Assembly: GCF_033971905.1 (NCBI RefSeq)
Contig: NZ_JALBUT010000004.1
Span: 136,942 to 200,941, forward strand
Reading direction: 5' to 3'
Source: Intestinicryptomonas porci
GTDB lineage: Bacteria > Verrucomicrobiota > Verrucomicrobiia > Opitutales > Intestinicryptomonadaceae
DNA: 64,000 nucleotides
Part shown: piece after piece, positions 38,564-48,050 of the stretch
Numbering within the stretch: the stretch's first letter is position 1
Layout: each line of letters opens with the position of its first letter
The notes under the pieces: model-generated
The model's input: only the letters and a program-made list of their open reading frames with translations
Database searches by the model: none
Told to the model about the DNA's origin: nothing
Made by a program: the position numbers and the translations under genes

Positions 38564-38779
38564 TATTAAAAATTTAAATTAAAACGTATAAATTTATTTC
38601 GTAAAGCTTTTTGTGTCCGATATATTTATAAAAAGTCGATTTTTTTTGCGACAATATTTCCCCCCGCGGGTAAAAATGGCACATAAAAGAAAAAATCGGG
38701 TACTTGGAAAATTTCAATTAGAAACTTATTATAAGCAATTTAAGAAATTGGCACAAAAAGTGCTTAATATAAAAAACAT

Positions 38780-41335
38780 ATGAACAGCGAAAAATTAACC
38801 GAAAAAACCATAGAAGCGATAAACGCCGCGCGCAACCTTGCGCAGTTGAACGCAAACAGCGAGCTTAACTGCATACATTTGCTTTCAGCCCTCGTTTCTC
38901 AAAAAGACGGCGTCGTGGGCGCGCTTTTGGACAAAACTTACGGCTTGAAGTCCTCAATCGAGATGGGGCTTTCGAGACTCGTAAAAGCCCTTCCCTCTGT
39001 AAAGGGGGCAAGTGGCGAAGTTTATTTAAGCCCGTCATTTTCTTCGGCGATGGCCCGTGCAGAGGCAATCGCAAATTCGATGAAAGACGAGTTTGTTTCA
39101 ACCGAACACCTTTATCTTGCAATTTTGGAAAAGCCTGAACCCTCCGAGCTTGCAAACCTCTTGAAGGCAAACCAAATTTCTTACGACGGCGCGCTAAGCC
39201 AAATCAAGGAAATGCGCGGAACAAGCCGCGTCACAAGCAAAACGCCCGAAGCCACTTACGAAGTCCTTGAAAAGTACGGCTCCGACTTGGTTCAACTAGC
39301 AAAAGACGGCAAGCTCGACCCCGTAATCGGCAGGGACGACGAAATCCGCCGCGTCGTACGCATACTTTCGAGAAAGACAAAGAATAACCCCGTTTTAATC
39401 GGCGAGCCGGGCGTCGGTAAAACCGCGATTGCCGAAGGGTTGGCCCAGAGAATAGTGCGCCAGGACGTCCCCGAAAATTTGAGGGACAAGACGATTTTTG
39501 CACTCGACATGGGCTCACTCATCGCGGGCGCGAAATACAGGGGCGAATTTGAGGAAAGACTGAAAGCCGTATTAAACAAGATAAAGGAAAGCAACGGAAA
39601 AATAATCCTTTTCATCGACGAGCTGCACACAATCGTGGGCGCAGGTAAAACGGAAGGCTCTTTGGACGCTTCGAATATGTTAAAGCCGATGCTCGCGAGG
39701 GGCGAACTGCGTTGTATAGGCGCAACCACCCTTGACGAGTACCGCCAGTACATAGAAAAAGACGCGGCGTTGGAACGCAGATTTCAAAGTGTGTTCGTGC
39801 CTGAGCCGAGTGTTGAAATCACAATTGCCATTTTGCGCGGCATAAAAGAAAGGCTCGAAACCTACCACGGCGTACAAATTCTCGACAAGGCTCTTGTCGA
39901 AGCTTCCGTTTTGTCGGACAGGTACATTTCGGGCAGACAGCTTCCCGACAAGGCAATCGACTTGGTTGACGAAGCTTGCGCGAGAATTAAAACCCAAATG
40001 AACTCGATGCCCGCCGAACTCGACGACATGCTCCGCCAAGTCATGCAGCTTGAAATCGAAGAAGCCGCGCTTTTGGGCGAAAAGAACGACGCCGACAAGT
40101 CCCGATTGGAGGAACTGCGCAAAACCCTCGCCGACTTGCGCGAAAAGTCTTCCGCATTGAAGGCGAGATGGGAAGAAGAAAAGAATACGGCAAATCTGGC
40201 GGGCAAACTCCGCGAACAGCTGGAACAGGCAAACATCAGAATGGCGAAAGCCGAACGCGACTATGACCTGACAACTGCCGCTGAAATCAAGTACGGCGAA
40301 ATTCCTAAACTAGAAGCAGAACTTAAAAAAGCCGAAAAAAAGGCTAAAAAGGACGACAAGCTCGTAAAAGAAAACGTCGGCCCCGAAGAAATTGCGGACG
40401 TCGTAAGCGAATGGACGGGCATTCCCGTAAACAAGCTTGTGGAAAGCGAACGCGAAAAGATTTTGCATCTTCCCGAACTTCTGCATAAGCGCGTCATCGG
40501 ACAGGACGAAGCCATAAAAAGTGTCTCAAACGCCATACTCCGCTCTCGCGCGGGTATAAAAGACCCGAAAAGACCTACGGGAACTTTCATGTTCTTAGGA
40601 CCCACGGGCGTCGGCAAAACGGAGCTTGCAAAAGCCCTCGCCTCAACTTTGTTCGACAGCGAAGAAAACATCGTGAGAATTGACATGAGCGAGTACATGG
40701 AAAAGCATTCCGTCTCGCGTTTGATTGGTGCGCCCCCGGGATACGTCGGCTTTGAACAAGGCGGGCAGCTGACCGAGGCAGTCCGCCGCCGCCCCTACTC
40801 CGTCGTGCTTTTCGACGAAATAGAAAAGGCGCACCCCGATGTCCTCAACACGCTTTTGCAGGTTATGGACGACGGCATTTTGACAGATTCCCAAGGCAGG
40901 AGGGTCGATTTCAAAAACACGGTCATAATAATGACTTCGAATATCGGGGCGCGTTTCATAACAGATGCCAAAATCGAAAAAGACGGATCGCTTAACCGCG
41001 CGTCTTCCGAAGCCGTAACAAGCGAACTTCGCGGATACTTCAAGCCGGAATTCCTAAACAGAATAGACGACATCATAATCTTCAAGGCCTTGACGCAGGA
41101 CCAAATCGAATCAATCGTAAAACTGCACATCGATATGCTGAACAAACGCCTTGCAAGGCAGAAGATTACGATAGAAGTAACAAAGCCTACTCTCGACAAT
41201 CTCGCAATCGAAGGCTACGATCCCGCCTACGGCGCGCGCCCGCTGCGCAGGCTGATTGACCAGAAGATTGAAACTCCGCTTGCACACGCAATTGTTTCAG
41301 GAGAAATAAAAGAAGGCGGCGTCTTTAAGGTTTAA
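38780..41335 (+). CDS. clpB: ATP-dependent chaperone ClpB
   Basis: Two AAA+ modules are present ([15 protein letters not shown] and [15 protein letters not shown]), separated by a long coiled-coil middle domain. The product is 851 aa. Confidence 0.9.
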   Translation: MNSEKLTEKTIEAINAARNLAQLNANSELNCIHLLSALVSQKDGVVGALLDKTYGLKSSIEMGLSRLVKALPSVKGASGEVYLSPSFSSAMARAEAIANSMKDEFVSTEHLYLAILEKPEPSELANLLKANQISYDGALSQIKEMRGTSRVTSKTPEATYEVLEKYGSDLVQLAKDGKLDPVIGRDDEIRRVVRILSRKTKNNPVLIGEPGVGKTAIAEGLAQRIVRQDVPENLRDKTIFALDMGSLIAGAKYRGEFEERLKAVLNKIKESNGKIILFIDELHTIVGAGKTEGSLDASNMLKPMLARGELRCIGATTLDEYRQYIEKDAALERRFQSVFVPEPSVEITIAILRGIKERLETYHGVQILDKALVEASVLSDRYISGRQLPDKAIDLVDEACARIKTQMNSMPAELDDMLRQVMQLEIEEAALLGEKNDADKSRLEELRKTLADLREKSSALKARWEEEKNTANLAGKLREQLEQANIRMAKAERDYDLTTAAEIKYGEIPKLEAELKKAEKKAKKDDKLVKENVGPEEIADVVSEWTGIPVNKLVESEREKILHLPELLHKRVIGQDEAIKSVSNAILRSRAGIKDPKRPTGTFMFLGPTGVGKTELAKALASTLFDSEENIVRIDMSEYMEKHSVSRLIGAPPGYVGFEQGGQLTEAVRRRPYSVVLFDEIEKAHPDVLNTLLQVMDDGILTDSQGRRVDFKNTVIIMTSNIGARFITDAKIEKDGSLNRASSEAVTSELRGYFKPEFLNRIDDIIIFKALTQDQIESIVKLHIDMLNKRLARQKITIEVTKPTLDNLAIEGYDPAYGARPLRRLIDQKIETPLAHAIVSGEIKEGGVFKV

Positions 41336-41358
41336 ACTTAAATCCCAAAAACGGAAAG

Positions 41359-41396
41359 GCGGGGACAGCAAAAAGCAGTCCCCGCCTCGTTTTATT
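41359..41396 (+). terminator. rho-independent terminator after clpB
   Basis: The 9-bp stem ggcggggac/gtccccgcc is followed by tcgttttatt. Confidence 0.7.
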
Positions 41397-41411
41397 GACT
41401 ATAAGAAGAAA

Positions 41412-41672
41412 TTATAAAAGCGAATAAAGGAGGTACAAGAAATAGAGTGTTGCCGCAGTGCCCATCAGCATTAAAAGTGAAATGTTAAGCCCCATTTTGT
41501 ACGAGCCGTTGTTTTCGCTTTCGGAAGTATCGACTGCCGTAAAATTCAGCTTGTAAAATCTAAAACACAAGAACGCAAAAATCACAACAAGGCTTGCGGA
41601 GACCAAAAATCCCTGCGAAAACACGACTTCCACAAAGAAATCCCAAAATCCGTATTCCGAGTATGAGTTCAT
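41412..41672 (-). CDS. small two-TM membrane protein (hypothetical)
   Basis: The 86-aa ORF has a purine-rich aaggaaagaaag 5' of the ATG and two predicted TM helices. Confidence 0.3.
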   Translation of the reverse strand: MNSYSEYGFWDFFVEVVFSQGFLVSASLVVIFAFLCFRFYKLNFTAVDTSESENNGSYKMGLNISLLMLMGTAATLYFLYLLYSLL

Positions 41673-41746
41673 CTTTCTTTCCTTAGAAAGAGCCTTCGGG
41701 CTTTACACCCGAAGGCCCCGTATCCTATTTTATACCTATAAAAAAT

Positions 41747-41869
41747 CTACTTTCTTCTGCGGTACGCCGCAAACGCAAGAGCAACCGCACCGAAAATTGC
41801 CGCGCAAGTAGATGGCTCAGCACTCCGCCTTGAACGCGGTAAGAGCTGCTTGCGCTGTTGGAGTCGAAT
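41747..41869 (-). pseudogene. degraded 3' remnant of a PEP-CTERM-type protein gene (no start codon; about 40 codons)
   Basis: The minus-strand translation reads ...RSAEPSTCAAIFGAVALAFAAYRRRK*, against the C-terminus of the 44537-46009 product (VPEPSTYAAIFGAIALAFAAYRRRK*). The last ~37 nt differ at 2 positions. Two in-frame stops lie upstream and no long ORF is present. Confidence 0.6.
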
Positions 41870-41911
41870 TTAACATTGTCAAAGGTTGCGACATAAAGCT
41901 CCAAAGATATG

Positions 41912-41931
41912 CGTATTGTTAATACGGTTGT
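41912..41931. repeat. 20-bp inverted repeat, left copy
   Basis: cgtattgttaatacggttgt is the exact reverse complement of 42049-42068. Confidence 0.8.
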
Positions 41932-42048
41932 TTTTTATAATATTTAATTTGTTGCTTAAAAGCCATTTATGTTATTTACATTGGCAAATGAGGATTTTTC
42001 ACAAACTAAAAAATCCTTCCCAAGCCTTTATTTTACAAATTTTTATTG

Positions 42049-42068
42049 ACAACCGTATTAACAATACG
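42049..42068. repeat. 20-bp inverted repeat, right copy (itself near-palindromic, preceded by ttgaca)
   Basis: acaaccgtattaacaatacg; the core aaccgtattaacaatacggtt is a 21-bp palindrome with one central mismatch. Confidence 0.8.
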
Positions 42069-42121
42069 GTTACCAAAAACCGCCAAATTCATTTAAACAG
42101 AAGGATGTGGTGCAAAAAAAG

Positions 42122-42150
42122 TGCGGCATTTTTTTTGCCGCGCTTTTGAT
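42122..42150 (-). terminator. rho-independent terminator after GH92 (minus strand)
   Basis: Stem gcggca/tgccgc with a T8 loop, flanked by an A7 run on the plus strand (a T-run on the minus strand). Confidence 0.6.
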
Positions 42151-42183
42151 TGCAGCACATTCTAAAATCTTCAAATTTCTGTT

Positions 42184-44436
42184 TTATCTTAATTCGCTTT
42201 TGTTCGGTCTTTCAGACATTTCAAATTCAAGAACCGCTCCCGATTTCAGCTTGTCATGCGTGATATTTAGCTTTTCATGGTTTTCCCCGTTTATTTTAAG
42301 GGATTTTACATACTTGTTTTCCCTCGAATTGTTCTTTGCGATTATCTTGATTTTTTCGCCGTTTTCAAGCGCGATTTCCGCTTCTTCGAAAAACGGAGAG
42401 CCAATTTGGTAAGTCGGCTTTCCGACGTCAGGATAAAGCCCCAACATGCTCCATACGACAAACGCGCTCATCGCTCCGCCGTCCTCGTCGCCCGGAACGC
42501 CCATCAAGTCGTCTCTAAACCAAGTGTAAACAAGCGCGCGCACCGCCTTTTGGGTCTTCCACCCCTTCCCTATCCTGTTGTACAAATACGGGATGTGAAA
42601 AGACGGCTCGTTTCCCATTGAAAACTGCCCGACATTGCCCGTTTGGTCGGGAGCATGGTTTCCCCAAAATCGCCATTTCGGAAGCCCCGTCGGAGTATGG
42701 AATGTGTCGTCCAAATTTTTCTCGAAATTTTCCGCTCCGCCCATCAAGCCGACCAAATCGAGATGCGGAGCGTCCCAGCGGTAGGTCCACGCATTGTTTT
42801 CGTCGTAATAATCCCGAAAGCCCAAGCCGCCTGAAATTCGATAATCGAAAGGCTCGATAAAGTTGCCATCAAAATCTTTAGGATGGAAAAATCCCGTTTT
42901 TTTATTGAACAAATTTTCGGCGTTTTTGGCGCGATAAAAAAAGAGCTTTTTGTTTTCCGAAAAATTGCCGCCCGTTTGTTTTGGGAAATCCCTTTCAAAA
43001 CATTCCAGCATTTTGTATGCGCACCAGTCGTCAAAACTCGCCGCAAGCGTCACCGCAACCGACTGGCGTTTTTCAAATGTATTTACTTCCGACACGCTTT
43101 CCGCTTCTCCCTGTTTTAGCGCGGGAAAATATCCGTTTTTTGAATAAAAATCGTCCAAAACAGTGCGATGCCCGCGATGCCACGGAATAATGCTTTCAGT
43201 CAAAAGAGTGTTGATGGAAAGCGAAACTGCCGCCTTGAAATCAAAGCCTCTGACGCCTTTTTGATAGGCGTCCAAAAAGCTTGCCACAACGTGATTGCCG
43301 TTCATTGCGTGGGCGTCGCCGAAAATCTGCGGAAAAGTCGGCAGCCATTTTTCGGAAGTCTGGTTTGCCATATCAATGTAGCTTTGCAACATTTGCGCCT
43401 CTTTTGAAGGCTCCAATAGGACGCGCAAGGGATGCGATGTGCGGTAAGTATCCCATATCCAGTCGTCGCAATAAAAGGGCTTGTCGGTTTCATGAACCGA
43501 ATTGTCGTATGCGCTGTAATACCTGCCGTATTCGCTAAAATCAATCATGCGCTCGAATGTGCGCCAAAACGAAGTGTAAAAGACGCGCTTCATCTCTTCG
43601 TCGCAGGATTTTATTTTTATTTTTGAAAGGGCTTCGTTCCAGATTTTATTGCCGTTTTCCTTTAATTTTTCGATGTCAAAATCGGCAATTTCCCTTTTCA
43701 AATTATTTTGCGCGCTTTCAAAATCTATGAATGAAATCCCGTATTTTACCGAAACTTTTTGAATTTCGCTTCCAAAATCCAAAACAGCGTCAGCCCCGAG
43801 CTTTGCGACAAACGGCTTCGAGGGCTTCAATAGCGGATTTTTTTCAGGCTTGCGGGTAAAATGATATATTTTTACGTCTTTGGGCTCGGCATCGAACTCC
43901 AACGAAACGTACATTTTAACATTGTCTGCCTTGCCCGTGTTTTGAATTAAATTTATCCTGTTTTTTTCAAATTTGATTTCGCCGCTATCGACTCTTATGC
44001 GGATTTTGCGGACTTCCCCCGCGGGAGAATTTGAAAAATCGAAAGCATAAAGCGCGCTTTTAAAAGACGGCGCAAACTCAACGCCTATTTCCTGCCCGTC
44101 CAAAATGGCAAAATACGAATAAGGCGAAATTTTTTCATTGTCCAAAGTCGAAACTTCGGGAACGGATTTTCCGACAAACGGCAAAATTCCGTTGCCCGAA
44201 AATATGTTGCGGTGCGACGGAGAAACAAGAGAAAAATCTTCAACAACCCAAGTCGCAAAATCCTGCCTTTTCGGATAAACCCTGAGCATGGAGTGCGGAA
44301 GCTGGATTGTCGGCAGGCTCGGCACAAGTGTATGGCTTATGTTGCCCATGTAGGGATTTACATATTTTACATAATCTTCTTGCGCGAAAATTTCGCAAGA
44401 TAACATAATTAAAAAACAAAAAACCACCCTTTTCAT
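42184..44436 (-). CDS. glycoside hydrolase family 92 (alpha-mannosidase-like), exported
   Basis: A signal peptide is followed by the N-terminal motif YVNPYMGN, as in the GH92 VNPFIGT start. The product is 750 aa. Confidence 0.75.
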   Translation of the reverse strand: MKRVVFCFLIMLSCEIFAQEDYVKYVNPYMGNISHTLVPSLPTIQLPHSMLRVYPKRQDFATWVVEDFSLVSPSHRNIFSGNGILPFVGKSVPEVSTLDNEKISPYSYFAILDGQEIGVEFAPSFKSALYAFDFSNSPAGEVRKIRIRVDSGEIKFEKNRINLIQNTGKADNVKMYVSLEFDAEPKDVKIYHFTRKPEKNPLLKPSKPFVAKLGADAVLDFGSEIQKVSVKYGISFIDFESAQNNLKREIADFDIEKLKENGNKIWNEALSKIKIKSCDEEMKRVFYTSFWRTFERMIDFSEYGRYYSAYDNSVHETDKPFYCDDWIWDTYRTSHPLRVLLEPSKEAQMLQSYIDMANQTSEKWLPTFPQIFGDAHAMNGNHVVASFLDAYQKGVRGFDFKAAVSLSINTLLTESIIPWHRGHRTVLDDFYSKNGYFPALKQGEAESVSEVNTFEKRQSVAVTLAASFDDWCAYKMLECFERDFPKQTGGNFSENKKLFFYRAKNAENLFNKKTGFFHPKDFDGNFIEPFDYRISGGLGFRDYYDENNAWTYRWDAPHLDLVGLMGGAENFEKNLDDTFHTPTGLPKWRFWGNHAPDQTGNVGQFSMGNEPSFHIPYLYNRIGKGWKTQKAVRALVYTWFRDDLMGVPGDEDGGAMSAFVVWSMLGLYPDVGKPTYQIGSPFFEEAEIALENGEKIKIIAKNNSRENKYVKSLKINGENHEKLNITHDKLKSGAVLEFEMSERPNKSELR

Positions 44437-44536
44437 AAAAATTTGAAAATAAAAAATAACCGATTTGTCGCAAGCAAAATCAAATAAATATTTTTATTGC
44501 TTGACGAGTTGCGTTTTTTCATTAAAAAATAAATTT

Positions 44537-46009
44537 ATGAAGTTAAAAACTTTATTTTATGCCTCTTTAATATTTACAGGCGTCTCAACAGGGCTTTTCG
44601 CCGCAGACATATGGCGCGCCCCCACCGAAGACGCTCCAGACGGAGATTGGACTGACGGTACTACTTGGGCAAGCGGAAATGTTCCGACAAGTTCCGATAC
44701 CGCCAAAATCGACAAGCTCGAATCCAATACCTATTCCAATTCCGATGTCTCAGTCGGGCGTCTGGATTTGTTTACCGGAAATGTGATTGTTTCGGGAGGG
44801 ACATTTTCGACCTCGGTTTCAATGGTTCGTGCGGGAACCCTCACGATAAGCGGAACGGCAAATTTTCAAACGACATCTGCATTTAATTCGGGCGACGGGC
44901 AAGACCATAGATATATTAGCGAAAACAAAACCGTTATAAATGTTTACGACGACGCCAAAGTTACCGACAAAAATTGGGGCGTTTTGATTGGTGAAGAAGC
45001 AAATACAATAGATTCCGTAGCCAATTTTTACGGCAATTCCGTAATTACGACAGGCAACAACAATGGCGTGAAAATCGGCAATTCGCGAACATGGGCGGAA
45101 TCTGCTACGGCGAAATCCACTTTGAATGTATTTGAAAATTCCACGGTAAACGCCTCCACTCTTTATCTCTATAAAAATGCGGAATTGAACGTTTACGGAG
45201 ACGCCATTTTTAACGCGTCAAACAAGGCTTATTTGGGCGACACGAAAACTAATACGGTTGCCAAGGTCAATTTAAAGGGCAATTCCGTAATGAATTTGAA
45301 AAGCTACTCTTTCATTTCCAATGCGGCAATAGTAACAGTCAGCGAAAACGCAACTTTGAATTTCACGCAAGACCTGTTTGTCGGAACTGCGGACAACAGA
45401 AGTTCCACCAATACTACCTCAGGGCATCTTATATTAAAGGATACTGCAAAACTTAACGCGCCAAGCTGTACTTTGATAATGTACGGCAATGATTCCACAA
45501 TCGAGCTTCACGGCTCCAACATAAAACCTGCCGACGGACAATCTTACATGGTAAACCGCCTCGGTATTACCGAACAGGCCGACAGCATCGGAACGGGAGG
45601 CACAATTAAATTTGTCGCCGACCAAAACGGCATCTCTACGTTTAAAGCGGGCTGGATAGAATATAACAATTCCACCGCGCAAACGGGATACGCCTTGGAG
45701 CTTGATTTCACAAACTTTGCACCTGCGGACGGCGAAGGAACATATTCTTTTAACGTTATTTCCTCGGTAAACAACTGGAACGGAAGAGAAGCCAGCATTA
45801 TGCAAAACTATTTTACTGAAGCCGAAATCGGCAACGAAGATCTTGTAAAAATAATAAAGGCAAACGATGCCGACTCTTACGAATTCTTTATAGCCGACGG
45901 AGGCAGAACATTCGGCATAACATATAATTATGTTCCCGAACCCTCGACATACGCGGCGATTTTCGGCGCGATTGCACTTGCGTTTGCGGCATACCGCAGA
46001 AGAAAGTAA
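44537..46009 (+). CDS. secreted repeat protein with PEP-CTERM-type C-terminal sorting signal
   Basis: A signal peptide (MKLKTLFYASLIFTGVSTGLFA) precedes a Thr/Asn/Gly/Ser-rich beta-helix-like repeat region. The C-terminus is VPEPSTYAAIFGAIALAFAAYRRRK (PEP motif, then a TM helix, then a basic cluster). Start is taken at ATG 44537; the ORF track extends upstream to 44465. Confidence 0.65.
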   Translation: MKLKTLFYASLIFTGVSTGLFAADIWRAPTEDAPDGDWTDGTTWASGNVPTSSDTAKIDKLESNTYSNSDVSVGRLDLFTGNVIVSGGTFSTSVSMVRAGTLTISGTANFQTTSAFNSGDGQDHRYISENKTVINVYDDAKVTDKNWGVLIGEEANTIDSVANFYGNSVITTGNNNGVKIGNSRTWAESATAKSTLNVFENSTVNASTLYLYKNAELNVYGDAIFNASNKAYLGDTKTNTVAKVNLKGNSVMNLKSYSFISNAAIVTVSENATLNFTQDLFVGTADNRSSTNTTSGHLILKDTAKLNAPSCTLIMYGNDSTIELHGSNIKPADGQSYMVNRLGITEQADSIGTGGTIKFVADQNGISTFKAGWIEYNNSTAQTGYALELDFTNFAPADGEGTYSFNVISSVNNWNGREASIMQNYFTEAEIGNEDLVKIIKANDADSYEFFIADGGRTFGITYNYVPEPSTYAAIFGAIALAFAAYRRRK

Positions 46010-46130
46010 GTCTTAATATAACAAGAATTTTAAGCCCTTCGTTTCGGAGGGTTTTTTTGTGCCATAAAAATCTTGTACTGAAACGATTTTTTTATATTTT
46101 GAAAAAAAATTTTAACAATAAAAAGATATT

Positions 46131-46700
46131 ATGAAAAAGCTAAAAACCGTTATTTTCGCCCTGTTTTTATCAATAACGCTGATTGCAATACAGGCACAAT
46201 CTGCATTTGCAATGACACCACGCCCCGGAACCGCCGTTTTGGCGTCAGACCCAAGCGGGCTTGCGCTTAAAAACGCCGTAAAGGAACTCCTGCTTCAACA
46301 AGGTTTTAAAGTGAAAGATTTGACGGGTGAAGAACGCCAAAACTATTTTGACGTCGGATTTAATTTGGGAAAGGAAATGTCCGAAAACGACTACGATTTC
46401 GGATTTGTATTTTGCGGCACGGGCATGGGGGTGAATTTGGTCGCCAACAAATTCAGCGGCGTATTCTGCGCCCTCTGCGAAAGCGTTGAGACAGCCAGGC
46501 TTTCTCGCGTGGTAAACAATGCAAACGTTCTTGCAATGGGTGGAAAAATCGTAAATCCAGAAAAGGCAAAAGAAATGGCACTTGCGTTTATTTCAACAGA
46601 CTTTGCGAAAGACAACGACTTTCTAAACAAATCCTATAACCGCGTTGTAGAGCTATCAAAGGAAATTGCCGAAATAAACGCAAAATCTTCTAAAAAATAA
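46131..46700 (+). CDS. RpiB/LacAB-fold sugar-phosphate isomerase-like protein with an N-terminal signal peptide
   Basis: FVFCGTGMGVNLVANKFSG...LSRVVNNANVLAMGG matches the RpiB core. The N-terminal Asp-His dyad position reads SDPSG instead of CDHAG. A 27-aa signal-like leader is present, with an alternative internal start at 46212. Confidence 0.55.
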   Translation: MKKLKTVIFALFLSITLIAIQAQSAFAMTPRPGTAVLASDPSGLALKNAVKELLLQQGFKVKDLTGEERQNYFDVGFNLGKEMSENDYDFGFVFCGTGMGVNLVANKFSGVFCALCESVETARLSRVVNNANVLAMGGKIVNPEKAKEMALAFISTDFAKDNDFLNKSYNRVVELSKEIAEINAKSSKK

Positions 46701-47497
46701 TGTACGCAAAATTCTGCCTGATTTTAACGCTTCTATGCGCCGCCCCATTCGCGCTTGCGGAAATAAAAGTGCGCCCTTCGATAGACGAAGCCACTGCAAA
46801 TTCTGCGCAGTGGAACGGATTTAAAAAGACAAATTTTAAAGTGGGAAATTGCGCGGCATTCATCGTTGAACCGGAAACTCCGCGTAAAGACAAGGCGTGA
46901 GTATTGCGCCCTGCATGGTGGGGGGCTTTTGCAAATGCCGACCACGAACTTTTGAAGCAGGGTTTTTATGTGGCATTCGTTGACATGTCCTACACGGGCG
47001 CAAGCGAAGAAGCCATGAAAATTTTGGACAATATGTACGATGTCTGCACAAAAAAATACGGCTTGTCAAAAAAAGCAACTCTCGAAGGATTGAGCAGAGG
47101 CGGGCTTTCAAGCCTGATGTGGGCAAACCGTTCGCCGCAAAAACTCGCCTGTGTCTATGTTGACAATCCCGTTTGCGACGTAATGACAATATCCCCGAAT
47201 TTCATAGAGGAAATACGCAGGGAATGGGGCTTGGAGAATATGCAAAACTTCAAGGGAAGCCCTATTCACAACTATAAAAAACTTGCAAAAAGCAAAGTCC
47301 CCGTGCTTTTCATTGCGGGGCTTTTGGACGAAACAGTGCCGAACGCCACAAACGCAAAGCCGTACGTCGAAGCTTTCAAAAAAGCGAAGGGCTCGATAAA
47401 ATATGTTGGGAAACCCGACGGCAAACACCATCCGCACGGCTTGCAAAATCCCGCACTGATTGTGGATTTCATAAAATCGGCGTACGGCAAAATCTAA
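46700..47497 (+). pseudogene. exported alpha/beta-hydrolase (esterase/peptidase-like) interrupted by an in-frame TGA at 46898-46900
   Basis: ORFs 46700-46900 and 46904-47497 are in the same frame. The upstream part carries the signal peptide and the downstream part carries the GLSRGG nucleophile elbow. Confidence 0.55.
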
Positions 47498-47565
47498 TCT
47501 TAAAAATCCGCAGACAATGCGGATTTTTTTTGTAATTTTAAAGAAGTTAATCCGATAAAAAAATT

Positions 47566-47889
47566 ATGAGTATTGAAAAAGTAAATTCACAAAATTTTGA
47601 ACAAGTGTTGTCTGAAAATAAATTCGTGGTATTGGAAGCGTTTGCGACCTGGTGTGGATATTGCAAAATGTTTGCTCCTACATTGGAAAGCGTCGCAAGT
47701 GAATTTCAAGGCAAAGTGAAATTTTGCAAGATAGACGCCGATGAAAACCAAGATTACATAGAAAGTTTGGGTGTTGATTTGTACCCCACCCTGCTATATT
47801 TTAAGGACGGAAAGCAAGTAAAGAAAGTACCGAACGTCTCCACAAAAGACGCCCTTCGTTCGGAAGTTGAAACACTTTGCAATTCTTAA
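47566..47889 (+). CDS. thioredoxin
   Basis: The 107-aa thioredoxin fold has active site WCGYCK (CGYC in place of the canonical CGPC). Confidence 0.8.
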   Translation: MSIEKVNSQNFEQVLSENKFVVLEAFATWCGYCKMFAPTLESVASEFQGKVKFCKIDADENQDYIESLGVDLYPTLLYFKDGKQVKKVPNVSTKDALRSEVETLCNS

Positions 47890-47953
47890 AAACTTTTTTA
47901 TCCATTCAAAACCAACAACTAAAAAGCCAAACAATTTAATGTGCCATAGTGAA

Positions 47954-47987
47954 AGTTGCAGGGCTTCCGTTTCTGCAACTTTTTTAT
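47954..47987 (+). terminator. rho-independent terminator after the thioredoxin gene
   Basis: The 8-bp stem agttgcag/ctgcaact is followed by tttttt. Confidence 0.65.
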
Positions 47988-48050
47988 GGAAAACTGCCTG
48001 TTTGAAGATGCGCAAAGGCATTAGGCGGAGTTGATTATACTCCTTGTTTT

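Noticed and set aside
41690-41745. Considered tmRNA, RNase P or SRP RNA in the gene-free stretch after clpB.
   Set aside because: No conserved ncRNA cores were found. The structure is a single 9-bp hairpin (gccttcggg...cccgaaggc) that fits best as the terminator of the decayed PEP-CTERM paralogue.
42107-42412. A 101-aa plus-strand ORF downstream of the TTGACA-palindrome element.
   Set aside because: It overlaps the GH92 3' end and terminator on the opposite strand and has low-complexity hydrophobic composition. It is more likely that the element relates to the decayed PEP-CTERM paralogue.
46898-46900. Selenocysteine or alternative genetic code (TGA=Trp/Gly) to explain the in-frame TGA.
   Set aside because: All other long ORFs terminate normally with TGA, TAA or TAG under the standard code, and no convincing SECIS-like hairpin is visible immediately downstream. 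A point mutation or sequencing error is more parsimonious.
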